64,000 bases of DNA from Cyanidioschyzon merolae (lineage: Eukaryota). A program made the position numbers and the translations under genes. This document shows positions 1 to 9,254 of this stretch, piece after piece; within the stretch, counting starts at the first letter, position 1, and each line of letters opens with the position of its first letter. Below the pieces are notes generated by a model. It was not told where the DNA came from. It worked only from the letters and a program-made list of their open reading frames with translations, and searched no databases. The stretch lies in NCBI GenBank assembly GCA_000091205.1, contig AP006492.2; one strand, 5' to 3'.

Positions 1-661
1 CATGGCGCTTGAGGTTGCGTAGCGCGCACGCCCGCTCCGTCGACGAGCCCATACACTGAATGGAGGAATCGATTCTATATGATTTCCGTCCAGGCGTTCA
101 AGGTTTCATATGTGCATCGCAAGCACGGGTGCCTCCTGAACCCGGTAGACAACAATCGCGTGAACCAGAGACTAATGGAAGAAATCGTGCTCGAGAAGCG
201 ATTCGAATGTCAGTCGGCAAGGCAATCGAAAGTGAATAGCCTACCATTGCATGCTTCCACCGGCAAGCAGGCGTGCAAGCACGTACTGCAACGAGACTCG
301 AACGCCGCGAACGACGTTCGGACATGTATCGCAGTGCCGCAGCACCCAGCGGCTTTGGGTCAAGCGGTCTTTCGCTGGAATCGCTTGGTATTTCAGGGAA
401 ACAGGCTTCTGAAACGCCCTAGACTCGCGATTCACATAAACTCAGCGTCCACGAGCCAAGGCGTCGAATTCGCCCTTCATGATCGCCCTGCTATGGTACG
501 GTGGTGCAGCAATGCCGCACGGCTTCAGCGCCCATTGTACATTCGCATTCGGAACAGGTTTCCGGGACAACTGACATCCAGTCATGGTCTTCCATGATAC
601 CCGATGACAACGTATACCATGAACGATGCAGCGTATTCCAGAAGCACATGGAAGCGGACGT

Positions 662-2713
662 TTACAGAGGATGCGCTGCCGCTACCTGCAACCACTCTCC
701 CAGAACAGAATGCAGAGCAGCGAGGCTACCCAGAGGTACGCGAATACGCTGGTTTTTCGGATCGGTAATTTCGAGATGCGTCGGTGCTCGTGTGCCGGTC
801 GACTGTTGGGTGTCGCCGACCTGGTTAGCGACCAACTCCACTTTGACGCTGGAGGTTTCATCAACCGGAATTTGAACCGGTCCGTGCACAAGCGACGCCG
901 ATGTGTTCCCCAATGCCAGATTCATATCTACAGGGGCAAGGCCGCTGGTCGGTGCCGCCGTTGGTGGCGCCGGGGTGGGGGGGGGGGGCACGGGGGGCCA
1001 ATTCCGCCGGCGGTGTTGGCGCCGACACGCGGCCGCTTCGGCTAGCGACGCTGCCGGCACGCTGGTGGCCACGGGCGCCGCTGGCACTGAAGGTGCAGCT
1101 CCTGCGGTGCCAGGCGCTGCGGGCGGAGGCGGCGGTGGTCCCATGGACGTGTAGAGCGCAGACGGCATGCCTGGTGGTCCAGCACCCGGAGGAAACATCG
1201 GGTACGCGATCGCGGGGGCAGCGCCTGGCGCGAACGCCATGATATTCGGGTTCGCAGCCAAATGCAGCGTCATCTCCGCATACCGACACATCTCGTGAAC
1301 AGAGTCTCGAAACGCTGCCAGGCCAGTTGCCGGTACAACAATGCTACTGCGTTTGTTGCTGCCGGCGCTCTGGGATATTTTCAGATATTTCCCTTTTGCA
1401 TTGCTTAGCAGATCAAAGTAGTATTTCTTGGTTTCGACGCGCATCGTCGCCGAGGCCAGGGTTGTCGGCAGGCCCGTGGCGGGAATCTCGACGAGTTGTC
1501 CTTCGATAACGGCGCTTTGCGGGGTACCCGAGGCAACCGCCTCTGCCCCGAGTGCTGCGAGGACTGCTTCGCGCTCTTTCTGAGGAGTGCTCGTCTGGCC
1601 GTCGACCTCGTCGGAAGAGCCCTCAGATCCACGTTGTCCATCACCATCGGCCTCGGAGGGTGCGTCCGAGCTGGGCAGGGCGGGCGGCTCGCTGCTCTCG
1701 GGTGCGGCTGTCGCTGGCGTGCTCGGCGCTTCTGCGCGCTGCTCGCTTTGATATTCCTTCCTGGATTCAGCAACCATGTTATCTAGGATGGTCTTGAACT
1801 GGCCCAGACCGTACGCAGGGATGATGATTTTGCTGCGAGAGCCTTTCGCTTCCGCTTCGGCAATTTTCAGGAAGGCGCCGCGCTCGTTAGCGCGCAAGTC
1901 AAAATAGAAGCGCTTCAGCTCAATTTGGAGGGTGCAGGTGGCCAGCTCCTCACCGACGTGATGTGCAACAGCATTCATACCGGAGCGAGGTCCATTGCGC
2001 ATCTGACGAGTCCGATGTGCACCGGGACCCATACCGTTCAACAGCGGCATTGCGTTCATTGTTTGCGAGAACTGTTCGCCCATACGGACACCGTACGGCA
2101 GCGCGGCGGATTCATGATGCGAACCCATTCCCGCTGTCATATCGCTCATCATGGTCATGTAGGACCCGGGTGCATAGAAAGCATTCATATGCGGTGCCGA
2201 CTGGGAAAACGTGGACCGCAGGCGAGCGTGCCCCGAGGTGGACGCCTCCTGGCTGTTTCCCGTGGACACTGAGGTGGCGTCCGTGCTCGGTGCGTCTGCT
2301 CGTCGCCGCTCTTTTTCAGGCGATGCGGAAGTCGCACCACCGGTGCTATCTGATTGTTCTGGTGTCATCGTCGCATCAGGCTTGCCGCCCGCGTTCGCAT
2401 TGATGTTGCTTTTGCCTCGGACGCTCGAGCCGTTCGACCGCGTCAGAGCCGGAAAGTCCTCCTCAACATAAACAGCACCTGGAACTTGTCGTGGAGCCTG
2501 GTCCCCCATTTCATTGAAAGCACGCATCGCTCCTGACCCGCGACTTGCCCGCTGCGGCTTGACTGCTCGCGCACCGACGTTGTAGTAGTTCCCAGTGCCA
2601 CTCATACTGACGTGAACACCTGCGCGTTGCGGTTGCCCTGTTCCTAAAGCGCTGTTACCACCGTTCCAATTGACGCGCTTGAGGAGCTCACACGGTTTCG
2701 AGCTGCAACACAC
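662..2713 (-). CDS. Pur-alpha-like (PUR repeat) nucleic-acid-binding protein with a long Pro/Ala/Ser-rich low-complexity region
   Basis: The 683-aa ORF carries two PUR-repeat signatures: 'KRFYFDLRANERGAFLKIAE' and 'KKYYFDLLSNAKGKYLKISQ' (compare the Pur-alpha motif '[20 protein letters not shown]'). The poly-Pro stretch corresponds to the poly-C (G-run on + strand) at ~972-997. The C-terminal ~100 aa may be read-through beyond the true stop. Confidence 0.6.
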   Translation of the reverse strand: MCCSSKPCELLKRVNWNGGNSALGTGQPQRAGVHVSMSGTGNYYNVGARAVKPQRASRGSGAMRAFNEMGDQAPRQVPGAVYVEEDFPALTRSNGSSVRGKSNINANAGGKPDATMTPEQSDSTGGATSASPEKERRRADAPSTDATSVSTGNSQEASTSGHARLRSTFSQSAPHMNAFYAPGSYMTMMSDMTAGMGSHHESAALPYGVRMGEQFSQTMNAMPLLNGMGPGAHRTRQMRNGPRSGMNAVAHHVGEELATCTLQIELKRFYFDLRANERGAFLKIAEAEAKGSRSKIIIPAYGLGQFKTILDNMVAESRKEYQSEQRAEAPSTPATAAPESSEPPALPSSDAPSEADGDGQRGSEGSSDEVDGQTSTPQKEREAVLAALGAEAVASGTPQSAVIEGQLVEIPATGLPTTLASATMRVETKKYYFDLLSNAKGKYLKISQSAGSNKRSSIVVPATGLAAFRDSVHEMCRYAEMTLHLAANPNIMAFAPGAAPAIAYPMFPPGAGPPGMPSALYTSMGPPPPPPAAPGTAGAAPSVPAAPVATSVPAASLAEAAACRRQHRRRNWPPVPPPPTPAPPTAAPTSGLAPVDMNLALGNTSASLVHGPVQIPVDETSSVKVELVANQVGDTQQSTGTRAPTHLEITDPKNQRIRVPLGSLAALHSVLGEWLQVAAAHPL

Positions 2714-2856
2714 AACACCAACTGGCGACTAGTACCGACCTTCTCTGATAGGTTGCAGCGTTTCCCACCGCTTCTGTCCGTCCGGTATTCGCAGTGTCCG
2801 AGGAGAGCTCCAGGCCCTGTGGCGGCCTCGAATGGCTCGGCGTACACGACAGCGAG

Positions 2857-3100
2857 CCCGGCGCCCTGATGGACAGACGGACGGACGGACGGACGGTAAA
2901 GATCGCCGACGACGGCGGCGGCGACGGCGGCGACGGCGATGCTGCTGCTGCTGCTGCTGCTGGCGACTCGAATGGATGAGATGCGATGCAGTGGCGTGCC
3001 GGGCAGTGCGTGCGCACGTGCGCATGTGTTTCTGTGTGTGCGTGCGTGTGCGTGTGCGTGCGTGCGTGCGTGTGTGCGTGCGTGCGTGCGTGCGTGCGAT
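2857..3100. repeat. compound microsatellite cluster: (GACG)n, (GCG/GAC)n, (GCT)7, then ~80 bp of (GTGC/GTGT)n
   Basis: Read directly: 'gacggacggacggacggacgg', 'gacggcggcggcgacggcggcgacggcgatgctgctgctgctgctgctgg', 'gtgtgcgtgcgtgtgcgtgtgcgtgcgtgcgtgcgtgtgtgcgtgcg...'. Confidence 0.9.
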
Positions 3101-3372
3101 GCAGGGGCATCACCATCACCAGTATCATTGCCCAGGAGCCGGGCTACGGATTGCCGCCTGCCTTGACGCCCCCGCAGGGCGTCTGTGCCTGGACCCGTTG
3201 GTAGAACCGGATAGAATCGGTGTTGGAGTGCGTATAGTTTGCAGGTACGGTTTTGTTCGAGACTGTACGAGCTCGTGGTGCTGCACTGCAGGCGTACACT
3301 GCAGTATACGCAGCTGGTGTACCGCTGCGCGTACGACTTCGCTTGTGTTCAGCAGCTTGTTCAAGCGCATTC

Positions 3373-3723
3373 ATGACAAAACCCTCAGCGGCGTTGACTA
3401 TGTTGCGACGATTCCGGGGTCTGTACCAAGGTCGACACATTCGTTTTGGAAACCAGATAAGTCACGCAGAGAACAAAACACGTCGAGCTTGGCGACCGAA
3501 CGTCCATCGGAAAGAGTTCTACAGCCGAGTTCTTCAGGAGCCGCTGCGTTTCACGGTGACCACAAGGGCGTTGCGAACGATCGAAAAAGTTGGTGGCATC
3601 GACGAATACCTCATTCTTACCCACGAACGAGATATGCTGGGGCCGGACCTTGTGAGGTTGCGCGCTCGAATCGTAGAACGAGTTCGCGAGCTCCGACTTT
3701 CGGAGAACGCAGCTTCCACATGA
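3373..3723 (+). CDS. mitochondrial ribosomal protein bL28m (bacterial L28 family)
   Basis: 'LYQGRHIRFGNQISHAENKTRRAWRPNVHRKEFYSRVLQEPLRFTVTTRALRTIEKVGGIDEYL' matches the bL28 core (GK..V.GNNVSHANNKTKRRFLPNL...V...LRVS.KALR.I.K.G). An in-frame ATG at 3373 gives an MTS-like N-terminus, 'MTKPSAALTMLRRFRG'. The ORF track extends upstream to 3253. Confidence 0.6.
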   Translation: MTKPSAALTMLRRFRGLYQGRHIRFGNQISHAENKTRRAWRPNVHRKEFYSRVLQEPLRFTVTTRALRTIEKVGGIDEYLILTHERDMLGPDLVRLRARIVERVRELRLSENAAST

Positions 3724-4544
3724 GCGGTCTTTGTTAAGCGTTTCGCTTGGCGCGCGTTTTAGGCCAAAAGCGTCTTGTGCAAGCTGTGCATTGCAGGAAT
3801 GGCTCGCGTTTTTGGACCAGTTCGCAATACCTAGGCCTGAGGCACCCCAACAACCGCAGCATTCTTTTGAATCGTTTGGCGGAGAGGGCTGCATTCTGCG
3901 GATGCGCTGCTCGCCAGCGAAACACCAGAGGCGGTACCGGTCGCACGCATTACAGAATCAAATGGAACAATTCCTGCAACATAACTTGGACGTGCTCACT
4001 ATAGGTTTCGTCTCCTTCCAGTGCCAGCGACGACAGCTTTTCCGGGCTTTAACTCTCTCGGATCTCCGGCTTTAAGAACGCTGGTCTCTCCTGTAATTCC
4101 GGCTCGATTCTCAACAGTCGCAGCATGTTGCTGGCAGCGTTCAAGCCCGGATTTCGCAGTTTCCGGCCATTATCGACGCTAAAAATTGCGCAGGCAAACG
4201 TTGCGTGCGACGCTTCGTTTGCCATGATCATGTTCGTTGTATAGAGCCCGGGTACATACATCGCAGCGATGACTCTTGGAATTTTGCACAAGTGTTCCCG
4301 GATTTTCGCGAAACACCACCACGGCCTCCTTCTCCTCCGAGAGTCGACTTGTCGGATGTGAACGCTGGCTTCTTCGCTCTGTACGGGCACTTGACGCGTA
4401 TAGAGGTCTATCCGCGATGGTCGCTTCGGTTGCCGGGCCCCGGTGCCGTATCCGCCCAAAAACGGGCTTGTTTTGGGCGGTCTTTCGGCATCTCATTTCG
4501 CCAGCTATATGTACAATCGCACGCTGCTCCATTCGAGACAGGAT

Positions 4545-5190
4545 TCATGGAATGCGATGTCGCCGATGATGAAACAAGTGCTGTAAGGATACGCCAGGTT
4601 TGAAAAGGTGGTCGAGAAATTTGAATCTATCTTCGCTTTCATCATGCACGGCGCTGACGCGATGCCCTCTGGAACCGATTCCTGCGATGACGCACGCCCG
4701 AGTACGACATACTTTACCATGCAATCAGAAGAGACTCGGGTCCCTTGGAGTATAACCCATGAGAGCTATCAAGCTGCTGTTGCATGCCGGTTCATAGATA
4801 CTCGCAAGGAGACGAGGATCCATCTTTCGAACGGGTTCGATGAATGCTCTGGGCTAGTTCAGTTAACCTTGTGCAAGAGGATATTCAGAGATCGTCAAGA
4901 AACGACAACGAGTATTTTTCATTTTCGATTCAGCTGTGCGCTCGAGCTGCCTTGAAAAAGATACATCGAAACTCGAAGAATGCACGCGTTGATCACGCTA
5001 GACGTAAGGAACGAGGAACCGCGGGGTCTTGCCCATATGAACTGGATCATGCGATTGATTATGTTACCAAACCTTGTTCGAAAGCGTTGCAAATCATCTT
5101 GATTCCGTTCACGTAAACAATTCCAGAAGCAAAGCTTCATCGAAGCCACTCCGAAAACAAAATCCGGAATCCGGACACTATACATGAATC
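4545..5190 (+). repeat. dispersed repeat family 2 copy (shares the ~250-bp 3' module with 33350-33615)
   Basis: 5' block 'gaatgcgatgtcgccgatgatgaaacaagtgc' ~ 20890 'gaacgcgatgttgcccatgataaaacatgaatc'. 3' block 5075-5190 '...ccgaaaacaaaatccggaatccggacactatacatgaatc' ~ 33475-33590 '...ccgaaaccacaatccggaatcctggaactgcacatggatc'. Spurious ORFs share 'CFIIGDIAFHESC' with 'CFIMGNIAFTKSL'. Confidence 0.5.
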
Positions 5191-5415
5191 TTTAAGCCTC
5201 TATTGCTACTCTTTGAGTTTCAGCACTATACAACTGAAAAAGGTATGAAAAAATCTCATGGCATGAACAGAGCGAGCGGTTCAGTGCTCCGTTCGGATAC
5301 AACGCGACGGCCGCTTGTTGCGGTTTGTGTGTATGGGCGTGAACGTGCGCGGCACAGGAACGACGTCAGGGTTTCGACGGTTCTCCGGAATCGGGAATGT
5401 TTATATACTCGCTTT

Positions 5416-6273
5416 ATGACGCGGAGTCGCTTGCTGCAGACGGCGAGAGTTTTCGCGCGCCGGTTCGCAGGTCACTCTCAGTTCGCGAACATCAAGCACA
5501 AAAAGGCTCGCGAGGACGCTCGACGATGTAAGGCTTTCCAACGTGTTTTCAACGCCATTGGTGCAGCTGTGCGCGCACAAGGCGGAGACGCTAACCCTGA
5601 AAGCAATCCAAGGCTAGCAACCGCACTAGAAATGGCACGCGGTGTGCGTATGCCAAAAGAGAAGATCGCTGCAGCCCTGGAGTCTGCGAAAGGCTCCGGA
5701 GTTCGGGCAACCGGACCCGTGTCGGATCTAGAGCTCGTCGTTTATGAAGCATACCTGGGGACGGAGCCCCTGCTTATTGAATGCTTAACGGACAATCGAC
5801 GCCGAACGGCCCCACGTCTTCGACACTTGTTGAACGAGCACGGCGGAACACTTGCACCGGACGGAGCTGTGCTCTGGCAGTTCAACCGAGTTGGACGAGT
5901 GCTGATTCGGTGCTGCCCGCGCTTTGAACAAGCCTGGCTTGACGCGATTATTGACACTGGTCTCGTCGAGAACCTGGAGCACTATCGAGCAGATGCACAA
6001 CCGAACGGCGACAAAACAAACGAGAACGAGGAATACGTTGAGCTTGAGACCGCCCCGGAGCTACTCTCGGCTCTGGAGGAGCACGTCCGCCAGCTTGCAG
6101 ATCAAATTCGTCACGAATCGACGTTCAGCATGGAAATCGTCTCGGCGGAGTTGGCTTGGAAACGAAAATCCGAAGCTGGAACGAGCGAAGGTTCAGAGCG
6201 GCCGCCAGAGTTGGATGAACTCATTCAGGCGCTCGAGGCGGAGGACGACGTCCAGCGCGTGATTTCTGGGTGA
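5416..6273 (+). CDS. TACO1: YebC/PmpR-family protein (TACO1-like, probable mitochondrial translational activator)
   Basis: 'GHSQFANIKHKKAREDARRCKAFQRVFNAIGAAVRAQGGDANPESNPRLATALEMARGVRMPKEKI' matches the YebC/DUF28 N-terminus (GHSKWANIKHRKA..DAKRGK.F.K....I..A.K.GG.DPE.NPRLR.A...A). The R-rich presequence 'MTRSRLLQTARVFARRFA' starts at ATG 5416. The ORF track starts at 5203. Confidence 0.65.
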   Translation: MTRSRLLQTARVFARRFAGHSQFANIKHKKAREDARRCKAFQRVFNAIGAAVRAQGGDANPESNPRLATALEMARGVRMPKEKIAAALESAKGSGVRATGPVSDLELVVYEAYLGTEPLLIECLTDNRRRTAPRLRHLLNEHGGTLAPDGAVLWQFNRVGRVLIRCCPRFEQAWLDAIIDTGLVENLEHYRADAQPNGDKTNENEEYVELETAPELLSALEEHVRQLADQIRHESTFSMEIVSAELAWKRKSEAGTSEGSERPPELDELIQALEAEDDVQRVISG

Positions 6274-9254
6274 CTGCTCCGCCAAAGCGAGTTTTGTGGC
6301 GTTGGGGCCGTGCCCCGAGCTTTGTCGTTGCTGGCAGCGTGAAGGAACAAGCCACAGACGCATCGATGGTATTGCTCCAGTGTTTTTGGGCAATTTCTAC
6401 GGGAAAACGCTTCCATGGGCAGCTCAGGTCGGCTTGCTGAATGCTCCGGACAATATTTACGTCGATGAGGTCTCTGGCTGGGGTATCATCATTAGAGCCG
6501 ACGGCGGATCCGGATGAATGTGTTTGCCGTCGCTGTTGGCAGTGAGCGTGCCCGACGAAAACAGCGTCAATTCACGCATTCGCATTTCATAGGCCAGCAA
6601 GTGAGCATTTAGCCTCCGCTGCAAGCCTGCGACGCATGCGCCTAGAATCCACAGCCCGCGTTTTCCGACATGCACTTGAATGATGGAGGCTTTCGCAGCT
6701 TCCGCGCACGCTGCCAAGTCGGCAGACCGCTGAGCAGCCGCAACCGAACATAGGTGTTTGTGACCTAGGCTACGGCCTCGTAGGCAACTTTTCGCACTGC
6801 ACGCGCCATTCGCGTGCATATCATGCATGATACAAGCACAACTTGCAGCTGTGGAGAAGTCGGATGTCGCTCCACGGAATGCGATAGTTGCGCAGCGCCG
6901 ACACCGACGCTGATGCCAAGGCCCTACGGAACGCATGCAATCGTTTCGAGCTTGGAGCACGCGCGCAGCGTCATCGCTTGTGCAGTCTCGCGAGCGTCCA
7001 CGCTGACCGTTCATCGCGGGTATCATTCGTACTTTCGAACCATGCAATGCCCGTACTGTTCATCATTAGTTGCCGGGGGGCGGGGGCGGGGGGCAAATCG
7101 TTGCCGGTGTATGTGTACGGCGCTCCGGCGTTGGTGTGTCGCTGAGCGGCACCATACCAGTGCCTTGTTTTGGTTCAGCATCTCATCTGCTGTGTTCAGG
7201 CGGCGGACTTGTTTTCATTGGAATTCAGCTGCATTTTACCACAGTGCGCCTATAGGTTACTGAACTATTGCCCCGAGAGTTCGCTCCATACAAATCCGCT
7301 GGGAGCTCTGGAAGCATGAAACTTTTCTTTCTGTTGATCGGGCGTTCAGGTCTCGGTGTGGAAAGTGCTGGTGCGCATCGTAGCTCGTGGTATGACACCG
7401 TCGTATGCTCCTCGCCGGCGATTTCCACGCCATACAACACTCTATCTGCGTAACGTACATCATCTCGGGCAACCGTCATTATTTCATGCGCTTCTTCTGT
7501 TCCACTGTCAGCGTGTATCTGCACCGGTGCAGCGTGTGTTCCTCCGTGAACGCATCGATGGGAAACGTCCAAAATCGATTCCTGCTCTCGTTGGGCGCAC
7601 CCGTCGACGAAGCAGAAATATAGATTATGCGCGCTACAGGGCGTCTAGCGCCATAGGCTAGTCTCGAACGTCGCATTGTATGAGCACTGCCCTTGTTTAG
7701 CTCATGGAACAAGTTGGCGAATGCACGCTGCTTGTCTTCACACAAGCGAAATCGTACGCGATCGCAGCAGGGTTTTATGTACAACAGCCGAAGATGCTCC
7801 GCGGGAGCTATTTGGACGATCGTACTCTTTCTGAATACAGCGTACAAAACAACCGTGTCTGCTCGATACGGAGCTCAGAGCGTCGTCTTGGGTCCTGACG
7901 CTGTCATTCAATTCATTGGTATGCAGCATGACGCCAATTAGGCCCGAAACCTCATGATGCCGAGCCCAGAACAATTCGAGCAGCTGTATCTGCTTTCCGT
8001 TCAGGTCTTTTACTTCGTCTTTTCGACTCGGAACGAAGGCGACGGCCACGATGGACTTCAACCCGAGATCTACGCCCATCACGAAATCTTACGGTTCACC
8101 TACCTTGGACGGTTGAAAATGAGTCTCGCGGCTCTTTTCATGCCGTTAGTCCGCAAAGTGCAGGTAGACGGGTGATCTGTTGCTCCTCGTCGCCCGCATA
8201 AACCTATTTCCATCGCCTGCCCGTCAACGAGATTCGTTGAACGAGCCCTGCCGATGCTCTCTGCGAAATGGGTTGAATGCTTCACACTAGCTGCCAGAAA
8301 CTATAGCCTTAGCTCATTGACAACGCCATACAGTACAGTATACAAGTGTCTACGGTCATTGTATGCGCCTTGAGGTCACAGATCGGGACCGCATCCCACC
8401 TACGATAGAGAAGTAGAGGGCGCTCGCATTCCGAAAACAAGCCTCATTTGCTCCGAAGCGCCCCCTTCAGAAACATATTGTATCGCGATATCCAAGGAAG
8501 GCACGCAACGCGCGTCAACCATCGTTTGGGTACAGCGTCCACCGCTTCGAGGTCGAAAGTAACCCAACGACAGTTCACAAACTGAAGCGACTCTCGCTCT
8601 CATTACAGCATCTGTGCCGAACTCGATATCGCCTGGAGCTCTTCCGCCACCAGCTCGTTATTTGCCTCCATCGACACGACCGACAATCTCTCGCATTTGT
8701 CCCTGCTTTTCCGGGCTGGCACGCTCAGCGTGCATCAACGCTGGTACGCAGATCACCCAGCGACTCGACTGCGCTTCCAAGCGGCTTGCCGTAACACTTG
8801 ATATGATTGTATAAAATGGAATAAAAATACCATAAATGAGAAAGAATCGTCGCTGACGACGACGCTCGCGTCCATGGCCCAGACTCGCGATTTTTCGAAA
8901 TCTGGTCGCTGGCGTGGGGGTTTAGATCTGCGGCATCGGCGAGCATCCCGTCCGCGTCACTGAACCTGCGCAGCAAACGCCTGCGCCGGCCCACGATCGT
9001 GAACGTTGTTGTTTGTTTCCCGTAGCGAGCAGCGACATTGGAAGGCGGAGTACCTGCTGCGCCGTACAATCAAAAAGCAGCGGTTGTTTCTTCGAGAAGA
9101 TACTTGTCTGGCAAGTAGAAGCGCTTTGGCCTCACCCGACCGCACAACAGTTCACGCAGGTTGCGTAGGTGACAGAGCCTCACTAGGATTCCGCTGCGAA
9201 CGCGGCAGCAGCCACGGGTGAAACTCAAACAGCGTTCGACGCACCACAAGGCAG

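Noticed and set aside
79-597. 172-aa ORF at the window start and the 47030-47656 / 57867-58397 ORFs
   Set aside because: No motifs, odd composition, and for 47030-47656 a likely frame break. Possibly parts of real genes, but I cannot support a call from the sequence alone.
2688-3737. ORFs of 146-301 aa with poly-R, poly-C, poly-L and (VRAC)n peptides; also the 41868-42283 ORFs encoding (LLCSA)n/(MQSKA)n
   Set aside because: Both are produced by translating microsatellites (2857-3100) or the 15-bp minisatellite. They are frame-independent repeat artefacts.
6457-7047. 196-aa minus-strand ORF
   Set aside because: Cys/Arg/Ala-rich composition with no hydrophobic core pattern or recognisable motif. 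It is probably non-coding and is mentioned only as part of the gene-poor gap.
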